A stretch of DNA of 64,000 nt from Eledone cirrhosa. Lineage: Eukaryota. Within the stretch, counting starts at the first letter, position 1. Every line of letters starts with the position of its first letter. Location of the stretch: positions 30,008,001 to 30,072,000 of the forward strand of contig OZ024746.1 of assembly GCA_964016885.1 (NCBI GenBank), in the 5' to 3' direction. Shown piece after piece: positions 43,101 to 54,412 of this stretch. Under the pieces are notes generated by a model that worked only from the letters and a program-made list of their open reading frames with translations, did not search any database and was not told where the DNA came from. Both the position numbers and the translations under genes were made by a program.

Positions 43101-43768
43101 TTGTAGATGGCAAATTTTGGTGGTAACTTTAGGATTTGTTGTTCTTGTTCACTGATTAAAGTGTTCCCATAGATATTTACTGTGTGGTCATTGGTAAATT
43201 CTTCCGGTAGTTTTACATCACTCATACGGATGTTGTCGATGTTATCTGGGTATTTTTGAGAATATTCGATTTTCCTTTCTTGTAGTTTTTTCTTATTCAT
43301 CCATTCTAATTTCTTCTTGAAATGCCTACAGCATTCGTTTTGAGCATATTTCGTTTCGCGTCGGATGACGCTCATGAAGTCATCTCTCTCGTTTGCTGTG
43401 ATGAGATTTCGGATTTCCTTACCGTTGATGCGTTTTTGTCTGTAGAGTGCGTTGACTTTTGTGTATGTTGTTCTTTTCATATTAACTGTTATTGTGTGTT
43501 TTAGCCGTTCAGCTTGTGTTTTGTTCAATAATAAATTATTTACTTGTTTTGATATGTTTGTTGTGTATGTTTTGGAGGAAACACAGTGTTTTAAGAAGCG
43601 GATTTGTTCTGTTGTTATTGTAGTTTTTATATAACAGAAAACAGTGTCTTTCAATAACCTTTCAGCTTGGCACAAGCTAATGCCATAGCGGCGATGAATT
43701 AGTTTTGCGAGGTTTTTTATATGAAATCGTGTGTCGAAACAGATATTGTTATATTTGGGGAGGGTCAT
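40136..43768 (-). CDS. PLE polyprotein, copy 2 (private S>N at 42696)
   Basis: Same 1210-aa ORF; GRNNS instead of GRNSS. Confidence 0.96.
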   Translation of the reverse strand: MTLPKYNNICFDTRFHIKNLAKLIHRRYGISLCQAERLLKDTVFCYIKTTITTEQIRFLKHCVSSKTYTTNISKQVNNLLLNKTQAERLKHTITVNMKRTTYTKVNALYRQKRINGKEIRNLITANERDDFMSVIRRETKYAQNECCRHFKKKLEWMNKKKLQERKIEYSQKYPDNIDNIRMSDVKLPEEFTNDHTVNIYGNTLISEQEQQILKLPPKFAIYKKINPMECKTELEKCFTKIRWNAKVNNNNNNNGSSNINNNSGYRNNSHNHNNGRKVRNSDNGNNTSDRQNNNNHNNNNNRNVNHRHSNSDHSSNNGNNTNNNNNNNHSGNNGNSTCSNINKNKKHNNSNNHNGRNNSNNNNNNGEVNNNTSSNHNNNNINAKDRNNNNHHDNNNSNTHNYDDRNNDNPLEKLFFNPADKTYKMGNIYPTRLPFNKRVCIPQQIDDETEAQFTIARNKIRQVVDRYTMRQSRPEAQQLGIKPVEGLVSLKQRTRDGEVVCLPTDKSGRMSIDSMPNYIEAMQPHITNTSEVAQLTHDGREKILNAHMMMWTDILKPSRRTANNFQASNNGIPPLYGLRKDHKTVDDPTIGPPTRPVCGANIASNYRISYFLSMVIRPIIKMSPDVCESTEDLLSRISECNKNRSLSNCIIGSMDVVSLYPSINIDFAVKRCVEMIIESEVEFCDVDTDELGLLLRLTYDTDYLDSHDLRCFCPSRPIRGRPPTITSMAKKTPIGRWIGWTKAIRTPQNTDQVRKMVAHAIGASIKTTLKGHIFKFNEKIYTQNEGAAIGVSIAGDVANLFMVWWERRLKDLLNESSIDLIMYSRYVDDINIVIRTPPLESTNKFDLERSTMESIQQIANSIHQSITVTIDFPSKHPNNRLPVLDTELWINTIDERAQILHSHYAKPMASKYLILKNSAMSSSAKFNILIADLVRVMKNVSSMCDPTEMEGHIQHFINRMQFSGYNQRDRVRVYEGAMEKYKTLIELDMKGICPLYRSKSWNSLDRARHKIGKATSWYDNQRYQSVMFVDATPGGKLANQCRKALRKTHLKIKVVEKPGTTIKSLISKTYPFKKTHCTNRKCIICKVNPRINCKTRNVVYSIRCTEGTCRNTTTTYIGETARSIGERIDQHWGELKGRKNGSVLYEHARQHHDGNIDNIEIRIISKHRNDPADRQIREASEIEIRRPKLNRKNEWNNNNTQTNNTDLREV

Positions 43769-44267
43769 ATTTGCGTAATATTGCCAGAATTAATAACAGA
43801 ACACACTCACTGTTTGGTTGGTTTTCGCTTCTCGCTGTCTTTTATATATATATATCTGCGATCTAACTTACTCGGTCCTCAATGTTGCCATTGACTGACC
43901 GGCGGTCAAAAATAATACAGATACAATATAGACAAACACATATATATATAGTTTACATAAATCTTTCGTTGCACATCTGCAACATCGTCAGTGGTGTTAT
44001 ATTCATTGTTCCTCCTGTTGTGTTGTATGTCTACGCCATTTTTTTTTTTTTTTTTTTGTTCAGTCTGTCTATATATTTATTTATTTATTTGCTTGTTTGT
44101 TTATCTTATTTTATTTTGTCTTCTTTGCGCATGCGTTTGCGTGTGTGTATAGTGTTATGTGTGACTAGTGTGTATAGTGTTGTGTCTGCTGGGTGACTAG
44201 TGTGTGTTTATGTGCTTGTGTATGTATTTATTTATCTCATTTTATTTAATTTAATTTACTTATTTAT

Positions 44268-47200
44268 TTATACTTCTCTTAGGTCAGTGTTGTTTGTTTG
44301 GGTGTTGTTGTTGTTCCACTCATTCTTTCTGTTTAGCTTTGGTCTTCTAATTTCTATTTCACTGGCCTCTCTGATTTGCCTATCTGCTGGGTCATTCCTA
44401 TGTTTAGATATTATTCTAATTTCTATGTTGTCTATGTTACCGTCATGATGTTGTCTAGCATGTTCGTATAGTACTGACCCGTTTTTTCGTCCTTTTAGTT
44501 CCCCCCAGTGTTGGTCTATCCTTTCACCTATGCTACGAGCTGTCTCACCTATGTATGTTGTTGTCGTGTTTCTGCAAGTACCCTCTGTACATCTTATGCT
44601 ATAGACTACGTTTCTAGTTTTACAGTTTATCCGGGGGTTCACCTTACATATGATACATTTCCTATTGGTACAGTGGGTTTTCTTAAAAGGGTAGGTTTTG
44701 CTGATCAGGGATTTTATGGTGGTTCCTGGCTTTTCTACCACCTTTATTTTTAAGTGGGTCTTTCTCAGGGCCTTTCTACACTGGTTAGCTAATTTCCCTC
44801 CAGGGGTGGCGTCCACAAACATGACACTCTGATATCTCTGGTTGTCGTACCATGATGTGGCCTTCCCTATCTTATGTCTAGCCCTATCTAAGCTATTCCA
44901 TGATTTGCTCCTGTATAGTGGGCAAATTCCTTTCATGTCCAGTTCTATGAGGGTCTTATACTTTTCCATGGCTCCTTCGTATACTCTGACTCTGTCTCTT
45001 TGGTTGTAGCCAGAGAACTGCATGCGGTTGATGAAGTGTTGGATGTGTCCTTCCATTTCTGTTGGGTCGCACATGCTGGACACATTCTTCATCACTCGTA
45101 CCAAATCTGCGATCAGAATATTAAACTTAGCACTACTGGACATTGCTGAGTTTTTGAGTATCAGGTATTTGGAGGCCATGGGTTTAGCATAGTGTGAGTG
45201 GAGAATTTGGGCTCTCTCGTCTATAGTGTTAATCCAGAGTTCTGTGTCTAATACAGGTAGTCTATTGTTAGGGTGTTTGGAAGGGAAGTCTATAGTTACA
45301 GTTATACTCTGGTGTATGGAATTAGCTATCTGCTGGATGCTTTCCATCGTGCTACGTTCTAAATCAAACTTGTTAGTGCTCTCTAGTGGGGGTGTTCTTA
45401 TAACTATATTGATATCGTCTACATAACGAGAGTACATGATGAGGTCTATGGAGCTTTCATTAAGGAGATCTTTAAGTCTCCTTTCCCACCATACCATGAA
45501 AAGGTTGGCAACATCGCCAGCTATGCTGACGCCGATGGCTGCTCCCTCATTTTGGGTGTAGATTTTCTCATTGAACTTAAATATGTGGCCCTTTAGGGTA
45601 GTTTTGATACTAGCCCCTATTGCATGTGCGACCATTTTTCTTACCTGATCAGTGTTTTGGGGGGTCCGTATAGCTTTGGTCCACCCAATCCACCTTCCTA
45701 TGGGAGTCTTTTTAGCCATTGAGGTTATGGTGGGGGGTCTACCTCTTATAGGTCTACTAGGGCAGAAACATCTAAGGTCATGGCTGTCTAGGTAGTCAGT
45801 GTCGTAGGTAAGTCTAAGTAGGAGGCCCAGTTCGTCTGTGTCGACGTCGCAGAACTCCACCTCACTCTCAATGATCATCTCCACACATCTTTTCACAGCA
45901 AAATCAATGTTAATGGATGGGTACAGTGACACCACATCCATGCTGCCTATTATGCAGTTGGATAGGCTCCTGTTTTTGTTGCACTCACTGATTCTGCTGA
46001 GGAGGTCCTCTGTACTTTCACATACATCTGGGGACATCTTGATTATGGGGCGTATAACCATTGAGAGGAAGTAGGAGATCCTGTAGTTGCTAGCTATATT
46101 AGCTCCGCATACAGGTCTTGTTGGTGGTCCTATTGTCGGGTCGTCGACTGTCTTGTGGTCTTTGCGGAGCCCATACAAGGGTGGTATGCCATTGTTAGAC
46201 GCCTGGAAGTTGTTGGCAGTGCGTCTGCTTGGCTTTAGGATGTCAGTCCACATCATCATGTGAGCGTTGAGGATTTTTTCTCTCCCATCGTGTGTTAGTT
46301 GTGCAACTTCGCTCGTGTTGGTGATGTGGGGTTGCATTGCCTCGATGTAGTTCGGCATGCTATCTATTGACATCCTACCAGACTTATCTGTGGGTAGACA
46401 CACTACCTCATCATCCCTTGTGCGCTGCTTGAGGCTAACCAAGCCTTCTACAGGTTTTATCCCAAGTTGTTGGGCCTCTGGTCTGCTCTGTCTCATAGTG
46501 TACCTGTCTACTACTTGTCTAATCTTATTTCTAGCTATGGTGAACTGTGCCTCCGTCTCGTCATCTATTTGTTGTGGTATGCAAACTCTTTTATTAAAGG
46601 GTAACCTCGTAGGATAGATATTACCCATCTTATATGTTTTGTCAGCTGGGTTGAAAAATAGTTTCTCTAAGGGGTTGTCGTTATTTCTATCGTCATAGTT
46701 GTGTGTGTTGCTATTATTGTTATCATGGTGGTTGTTGTTGTTTCTATCCTTAGCATTAATATTATTATTGTTATGATTGCTAGATGTATTGTTGTTTACT
46801 TCACCGTTATTGTTGTTGTTGTTACTGCTATTTCTACCATTGTGGTTGTTACTATTATTATGTTTCTTGTTTTTGTTGATGTTGCTACATGTACTATTTC
46901 CATTATTACCACTGTGGTTATTGTTGTTGTTGTTGTTCGTATTGTTACCGTTATTACTACTGTGGTCACTGTTGCTGTGTCTGTGGTTAACGTTTCTATT
47001 ATTATTATTATTGTGGTTGTTGTTGTTCTGTCTATCGCTAGTATTATTACCATTATCACTATTTCTCACTTTCCTGCCATTGTTATGGTTATGGCTGTTA
47101 TTTCTATACCCAGAGTTATTGTTTATATTACTACTACCGTTATTATTGTTGTTGTTGTTTACCTTTGCATTCCAACGTATTTTTGTGAAACACTTTTCCA

Positions 47201-47900
47201 GCTCCGTTTTGCATTCCATAGGATTAATCTTTTTGTAGATGGCAAATTTTGGTGGTAACTTTAGGATTTGTTGTTCTTGTTCACTGATTAAAGTGTTCCC
47301 ATAGATATTTACTGTGTGGTCATTGGTAAATTCTTCCGGTAGTTTTACATCACTCATACGGATGTTGTCGATGTTATCTGGGTATTTTTGAGAATATTCG
47401 ATTTTCCTTTCTTGTAGTTTTTTCTTATTCATCCATTCTAATTTCTTCTTGAAATGCCTACAGCATTCGTTTTGAGCATATTTCGTTTCGCGTCGGATGA
47501 CGCTCATGAAGTCATCTCTCTCGTTTGCTGTGATGAGATTTCGGATTTCCTTACCGTTGATGCGTTTTTGTCTGTAGAGTGCGTTGACTTTTGTGTATGT
47601 TGTTCTTTTCATATTAACTGTTATTGTGTGTTTTAGCCGTTCAGCTTGTGTTTTGTTCAATAATAAATTATTTACTTGTTTTGATATGTTTGTTGTGTAT
47701 GTTTTGGAGGAAACACAGTGTTTTAAGAAGCGGATTTGTTCTGTTGTTATTGTAGTTTTTATATAACAGAAAACAGTGTCTTTCAATAACCTTTCAGCTT
47801 GGCACAAGCTAATGCCATAGCGGCGATGAATTAGTTTTGCGAGGTTTTTTATATGAAATCGTGTGTCGAAACAGATATTGTTATATTTGGGGAGGGTCAT
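44268..47900 (-). CDS. PLE polyprotein, copy 3 (private G>D at 46411)
   Basis: Same 1210-aa ORF; RDDEV instead of RDGEV. Confidence 0.96.
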   Translation of the reverse strand: MTLPKYNNICFDTRFHIKNLAKLIHRRYGISLCQAERLLKDTVFCYIKTTITTEQIRFLKHCVSSKTYTTNISKQVNNLLLNKTQAERLKHTITVNMKRTTYTKVNALYRQKRINGKEIRNLITANERDDFMSVIRRETKYAQNECCRHFKKKLEWMNKKKLQERKIEYSQKYPDNIDNIRMSDVKLPEEFTNDHTVNIYGNTLISEQEQQILKLPPKFAIYKKINPMECKTELEKCFTKIRWNAKVNNNNNNNGSSNINNNSGYRNNSHNHNNGRKVRNSDNGNNTSDRQNNNNHNNNNNRNVNHRHSNSDHSSNNGNNTNNNNNNNHSGNNGNSTCSNINKNKKHNNSNNHNGRNSSNNNNNNGEVNNNTSSNHNNNNINAKDRNNNNHHDNNNSNTHNYDDRNNDNPLEKLFFNPADKTYKMGNIYPTRLPFNKRVCIPQQIDDETEAQFTIARNKIRQVVDRYTMRQSRPEAQQLGIKPVEGLVSLKQRTRDDEVVCLPTDKSGRMSIDSMPNYIEAMQPHITNTSEVAQLTHDGREKILNAHMMMWTDILKPSRRTANNFQASNNGIPPLYGLRKDHKTVDDPTIGPPTRPVCGANIASNYRISYFLSMVIRPIIKMSPDVCESTEDLLSRISECNKNRSLSNCIIGSMDVVSLYPSINIDFAVKRCVEMIIESEVEFCDVDTDELGLLLRLTYDTDYLDSHDLRCFCPSRPIRGRPPTITSMAKKTPIGRWIGWTKAIRTPQNTDQVRKMVAHAIGASIKTTLKGHIFKFNEKIYTQNEGAAIGVSIAGDVANLFMVWWERRLKDLLNESSIDLIMYSRYVDDINIVIRTPPLESTNKFDLERSTMESIQQIANSIHQSITVTIDFPSKHPNNRLPVLDTELWINTIDERAQILHSHYAKPMASKYLILKNSAMSSSAKFNILIADLVRVMKNVSSMCDPTEMEGHIQHFINRMQFSGYNQRDRVRVYEGAMEKYKTLIELDMKGICPLYRSKSWNSLDRARHKIGKATSWYDNQRYQSVMFVDATPGGKLANQCRKALRKTHLKIKVVEKPGTTIKSLISKTYPFKKTHCTNRKCIICKVNPRINCKTRNVVYSIRCTEGTCRNTTTTYIGETARSIGERIDQHWGELKGRKNGSVLYEHARQHHDGNIDNIEIRIISKHRNDPADRQIREASEIEIRRPKLNRKNEWNNNNTQTNNTDLREV

Positions 47901-48400
47901 ATTTGCGTAATATTGCCAGAATTAATAACAGAACACACTCACTGTTTGGTTGGTTTTCGCTTCTCGCTGTCTTTTATATATATATATCTGCGATCTAACT
48001 TACTCGGTCCTCAATGTTGCCATTGACTGACCGGCGGTCAAAAATAATACAGATACAATATAGACAAACACATATATATATAGTTTACATAAATCTTTCG
48101 TTGCACATCTGCAACATCGTCAGTGGTGTTATATTCATTGTTCCTCCTGTTGTGTTGTATGTCTACGCCATTTTTTTTTTTTTTTTTTTTGTTCAGTCTG
48201 TCTATATATTTATTTATTTATTTGCTTGTTTGTTTATCTTATTTTATTTTGTCTTCTTTGCGCATGCGTTTGCGTGTGTGTATAGTGTTATGTGTGACTA
48301 GTGTGTATAGTGTTGTGTCTGCTGGGTGACTAGTGTGTGTTTATGTGCTTGTGTATGTATTTATTTATCTCATTTTATTTAATTTAATTTACTTATTTAT

Positions 48401-49083
48401 TTATACTTCTCTTAGGTCAGTGTTGTTTGTTTGGGTGTTGTTGTTGTTCCACTCATTCTTTCTGTTTAGCTTTGGTCTTCTAATTTCTATTTCACTGGCC
48501 TCTCTGATTTGCCTATCTGCTGGGTCATTCCTATGTTTAGATATTATTCTAATTTCTATGTTGTCTATGTTACCGTCATGATGTTGTCTAGCATGTTCGT
48601 ATAGTACTGACCCGTTTTTTCGTCCTTTTAGTTCCCCCCAGTGTTGGTCTATCCTTTCACCTATGCTACGAGCTGTCTCACCTATGTATGTTGTTGTCGT
48701 GTTTCTGCAAGTACCCTCTGTACATCTTATGCTATAGACTACGTTTCTAGTTTTACAGTTTATCCGGGGGTTCACCTTACATATGATACATTTCCTATTG
48801 GTACAGTGGGTTTTCTTAAAAGGGTAGGTTTTGCTGATCAGGGATTTTATGGTGGTTCCTGGCTTTTCTACCACCTTTATTTTTAAGTGGGTCTTTCTCA
48901 GGGCCTTTCTACACTGGTTAGCTAATTTCCCTCCAGGGGTGGCGTCCACAAACATGACACTCTGATATCTCTGGTTGTCGTACCATGATGTGGCCTTCCC
49001 TATCTTATGTCTAGCCCTATCTAAGCTATTCCATGATTTGCTCCTGTATAGTGGGCAAATTCCTTTCATGTCCAGTTCTATGA
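48401..49083 (-). pseudogene. 5'-truncated PLE ORF (linker + GIY-YIG) ending at the inversion point
   Basis: Matches the C-terminal part of the ORF from IELDMKG onward; breaks at TTCTATGA|AAACCC. Confidence 0.93.
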
Positions 49084-49358
49084 AAACCCACTGTACCAAT
49101 AGGAAATGTATCATATGTAAGGTGAACCCCCGGATAAACTGTAAAACTAGAAACGTAGTCTATAGCATAAGATGTACAGAGGGTACTTGCAGAAACACGA
49201 CAACAACATACATAGGTGAGACAGCTCGTAGCATAGGTGAAAGGATAGACCAACACTGGGGGGAACTAAAGGGACAAAAAAACGGGTCAGTACTATACGA
49301 ACATGCTAGACAACATCATGACGGTAACATAGACAACATAGAAATTAGAATAATATCT
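49082..49358 (+). pseudogene. Duplicated GIY-YIG fragment at array centre
   Basis: KTHCTNRKC...IEIRIIS, repeated again from 49364. Confidence 0.92.
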
Positions 49359-49363
49359 GTACC

Positions 49364-49780
49364 AAGAAAACCCACTGTACCAATAGGAAATGTATCATAT
49401 GTAAGGTGAACCCCCGGATAAACTGTAAAACTAGAAACGTAGTCTATAGCATAAGATGTACAGAGGGTACTTGCAGAAACACGACAACAACATACATAGG
49501 TGAGACAGCTCGTAGCATAGGTGAAAGGATAGACCAACACTGGGGGGAACTAAAAGGACAAAAAAACGGGTCAGTACTATACGAACATGCTAGACAACAT
49601 CATGACGGTAACATAGACAACATAGAAATTAGAATAATATCTAAACATAGGAATGACCCAGCAGATAGGCAAATCAGAGAGGCCAGTGAAATAGAAATTA
49701 GAAGACCAAAGCTAAACAGAAAGAATGAGTGGAACAACAACAACACCCAAACAAACAACACTGACCTAAGAGAAGTATAA
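49364..49780 (+). pseudogene. 5'-truncated PLE ORF (GIY-YIG), first plus-arm unit
   Basis: Starts AAGAAAACCCAC and runs to the normal stop (DLREV*). Confidence 0.92.
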
Positions 49781-50057
49781 ATAAATAAGTAAATTAAATT
49801 AAATAAAATGAGATAAATAAATACATACACAAGCACATAAACACACACTAGTCACCCAGCAGACACAACACTATACACACTAGTCACACATAACACTATA
49901 CACACACGCAAACGCATGCGCAAAGAAGACAAAATAAAATAAGATAAACAAACAAGCAAATAAATAAATAAATATATAGACAGACTGAACAAAAAAAAAA
50001 AAAAAAAAAATGGCGTTGACATACAACACAACAGGAGGAACAATGAATATAACACCA

Positions 50058-50091
50058 CTGACGATGTTGCAGATGTGCAACGAAAGATTTA
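50058..50091 (+). ncRNA. Candidate minimal type I hammerhead ribozyme in PLE inter-ORF region (also 54190-54223, 58323-58356, 62456-62489)
   Basis: CTGACGA-T-GTTGCA-GATG-TGCAAC-GAAA-GATTTA: core boxes, 6-bp stem II, quasi-palindromic stem III; stem I weak. Confidence 0.72.
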
Positions 50092-50280
50092 TGTAAACTA
50101 TATATATATGTGTTTGTCTATATTGTATCTGTATTATTTTTGACCGCCGGTCAGTCAATGGCAACATTGAGGACCGAGTAAGTTAGATCGCAGATATATA
50201 TATATAAAAGACAGCGAGAAGCGAAAACCAACCAAACAGTGAGTGTGTTCTGTTATTAATTCTGGCAATATTACGCAAAT

Positions 50281-53200
50281 ATGACCCTCCCCAAATATAA
50301 CAATATCTGTTTCGACACACGATTTCATATAAAAAACCTCGCAAAACTAATTCATCGCCGCTATGGCATTAGCTTGTGCCAAGCTGAAAGGTTATTGAAA
50401 GACACTGTTTTCTGTTATATAAAAACTACAATAACAACAGAACAAATCCGCTTCTTAAAACACTGTGTTTCCTCCAAAACATACACAACAAACATATCAA
50501 AACAAGTAAATAATTTATTATTGAACAAAACACAAGCTGAACGGCTAAAACACACAATAACAGTTAATATGAAAAGAACAACATACACAAAAGTCAACGC
50601 ACTCTACAGACAAAAACGCATCAACGGTAAGGAAATCCGAAATCTCATCACAGCAAACGAGAGAGATGACTTCATGAGCGTCATCCGACGCGAAACGAAA
50701 TATGCTCAAAACGAATGCTGTAGGCATTTCAAGAAGAAATTAGAATGGATGAATAAGAAAAAACTACAAGAAAGGAAAATCGAATATTCTCAAAAATACC
50801 CAGATAACATCGACAACATCCGTATGAGTGATGTAAAACTACCGGAAGAATTTACCAATGACCACACAGTAAATATCTATGGGAACACTTTAATCAGTGA
50901 ACAAGAACAACAAATCCTAAAGTTACCACCAAAATTTGCCATCTACAAAAAGATTAATCCTATGGAATGCAAAACGGAGCTGGAAAAGTGTTTCACAAAA
51001 ATACGTTGGAATGCAAAGGTAAACAACAACAACAATAATAACGGTAGTAGTAATATAAACAATAACTCTGGGTATAGAAATAACAGCCATAACCATAACA
51101 ATGGCAGGAAAGTGAGAAATAGTGATAATGGTAATAATACTAGCGATAGACAGAACAACAACAACCACAATAATAATAATAATAGAAACGTTAACCACAG
51201 ACACAGCAACAGTGACCACAGTAGTAATAACGGTAACAATACGAACAACAACAACAACAATAACCACAGTGGTAATAATGGAAATAGTACATGTAGCAAC
51301 ATCAACAAAAACAAGAAACATAATAATAGTAACAACCACAATGGTAGAAATAGCAGTAACAACAACAACAATAACGGTGAAGTAAACAACAATACATCTA
51401 GCAATCATAACAATAATAATATTAATGCTAAGGATAGAAACAACAACAACCACCATGATAACAATAATAGCAACACACACAACTATGACGATAGAAATAA
51501 CGACAACCCCTTAGAGAAACTATTTTTCAACCCAGCTGACAAAACATATAAGATGGGTAATATCTATCCTACGAGGTTACCCTTTAATAAAAGAGTTTGC
51601 ATACCACAACAAATAGATGACGAGACGGAGGCACAGTTCACCATAGCTAGAAATAAGATTAGACAAGTAGTAGACAGGTACACTATGAGACAGAGCAGAC
51701 CAGAGGCCCAACAACTTGGGATAAAACCTGTAGAAGGCTTGGTTAGCCTCAAGCAGCGCACAAGGGATGGTGAGGTAGTGTGTCTACCCACAGATAAGTC
51801 TGGTAGGATGTCAATAGATAGCATGCCGAACTACATCGAGGCAATGCAACCCCACATCACCAACACGAGCGAAGTTGCACAACTAACACACGATGGGAGA
51901 GAAAAAATCCTCAACGCTCACATGATGATGTGGACTGACATCCTAAAGCCAAGCAGACGCACTGCCAACAACTTCCAGGCGTCTAACAATGGCATACCAC
52001 CCTTGTATGGGCTCCGCAAAGACCACAAGACAGTCGACGACCCGACAATAGGACCACCAACAAGACCTGTATGCGGAGCTAATATAGCTAGCAACTACAG
52101 GATCTCCTACTTCCTCTCAATGGTTATACGCCCCATAATCAAGATGTCCCCAGATGTATGTGAAAGTACAGAGGACCTCCTCAGCAGAATCAGTGAGTGC
52201 AACAAAAACAGGAGCCTATCCAACTGCATAATAGGCAGCATGGATGTGATGTCACTGTACCCATCCATTAACATTGATTTTGCTGTGAAAAGATGTGTGG
52301 AGATGATCATTGAGAGTGAGGTGGAGTTCTGCGACGTCGACACAGACGAACTGGGCCTCCTACTTAGACTTACCTACGACACTGACTACCTAGACAGCCA
52401 TGACCTTAGATGTTTCTGCCCTAGTAGACCTATAAGAGGTAGACCCCCCACCATAACCTCAATGGCTAAAAAGACTCCCATAGGAAGGTGGATTGGGTGG
52501 ACCAAAGCTATACGGACCCCCCAAAACACTGATCAGGTAAGAAAAATGGTCGCACATGCAATAGGGGCTAGTATCAAAACTACCCTAAAGGGCCACATAT
52601 TTAAGTTCAATGAGAAAATCTACACCCAAAATGAGGGAGCAGCCATCGGCGTCAGCATAGCTGGCGATGTTGCCAACCTTTTCATGGTATGGTGGGAAAG
52701 GAGACTTAAAGATCTCCTTAATGAAAGCTCCATAGACCTCATCATGTACTCTCGTTATGTAGACGATATCAATATAGTTATAAGAACACCCCCACTAGAG
52801 AGCACTAACAAGTTTGATTTAGAACGTAGCACGATGGAAAGCATCCAGCAGATAGCTAATTCCATACACCAGAGTATAACTGTAACTATAGACTTCCCTT
52901 CCAAACACCCTAACAATAGACTACCTGTATTAGACACAGAACTCTGGATTAACACTATAGACGAGAGAGCCCAAATTCTCCACTCACACTATGCTAAACC
53001 CATGGCCTCCAAATACCTGATACTCAAAAACTCAGCAATGTCCAGTAGTGCTAAGTTTAATATTCTGATCGCAGATTTGGTACGAGTGATGAAGAATGTG
53101 TCCAGCATGTGCGACCCAACAGAAATGGAAGGACACATCCAACACTTCATCAACCGCATGCAGTTCTCTGGCTACAACCAAAGAGACAGAGTCAGAGTAT

Positions 53201-53912
53201 ACGAAGGAGCCATGGAAAAGTATAAGACCCTCATAGAACTGGACATGAAAGGAATTTGCCCACTATACAGGAGCAAATCATGGAATAGCTTAGATAGGGC
53301 TAGACATAAGATAGGGAAGGCCACATCATGGTACGACAACCAGAGATATCAGAGTGTCATGTTTGTGGACGCCACCCCTGGAGGGAAATTAGCTAACCAG
53401 TGTAGAAAGGCCCTGAGAAAGACCCACTTAAAAATAAAGGTGGTAGAAAGCCAGGAACCACCATAAAATCCCTGATCAGCAAAACCTACCCTTTTAAGAA
53501 AACCCACTGTACCAATAGGAAATGTATCATATGTAAGGTGAACCCCCGGATAAACTGTAAAACTAGAAACGTAGTCTATAGCATAAGATGTACAGAGGGT
53601 ACTTGCAGAAACACGACAACAACATACATAGGTGAGACAGCTCGTAGCATAGGTGAAAGGATAGACCAACACTGGGGGGAACTAAAAGGACGAAAAAACG
53701 GGTCAGTACTATACGAACATGCTAGACAACATCATGACGGTAACATAGACAACATAGAAATTAGAATAATATCTAAACATAGGAATGACCCAGCAGATAG
53801 GCAAATCAGAGAGGCCAGTGAAATAGAAATTAGAAGACCAAAGCTAAACAGAAAGAATGAGTGGAACAACAACAACACCCAAACAAACAACACTGACCTA
53901 AGAGAAGTATAA
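50281..53912 (+). pseudogene. PLE polyprotein copy 4, 1-nt deletion frameshift before GIY-YIG
   Basis: GTAGAAAG at ~53444-53450 versus GTAGAAAAG in other copies truncates the ORF at 1061 aa; also V>M at 52249. Could be a sequencing error. Confidence 0.85.
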
Positions 53913-54412
53913 ATAAATAAGTAAATTAAATTAAATAAAATGAGATAAATAAATACATACACAAGCACATAAACACACACTAGTCACCCAGCAGACACAA
54001 CACTATACACACTAGTCACACATAACACTATACACACACGCAAACGCATGCGCAAAGAAGACAAAATAAAATAAGATAAACAAACAAGCAAATAAATAAA
54101 TAAATATATAGACAGACTGAACAAAAAAAAAAAAAAAAAAAATGGCGTAGACATACAACACAACAGGAGGAACAATGAATATAACACCACTGACGATGTT
54201 GCAGATGTGCAACGAAAGATTTATGTAAACTATATATATATGTGTTTGTCTATATTGTATCTGTATTATTTTTGACCGCCGGTCAGTCAATGGCAACATT
54301 GAGGACCGAGTAAGTTAGATCGCAGATATATATATATAAAAGACAGCGAGAAGCGAAAACCAACCAAACAGTGAGTGTGTTCTGTTATTAATTCTGGCAA
54401 TATTACGCAAAT

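Noticed and set aside
48975-49409. 144-aa and 237-aa ORFs crossing the array centre as novel fusion genes
   Set aside because: Chimeric read-through of the inversion junction with non-ATG starts.
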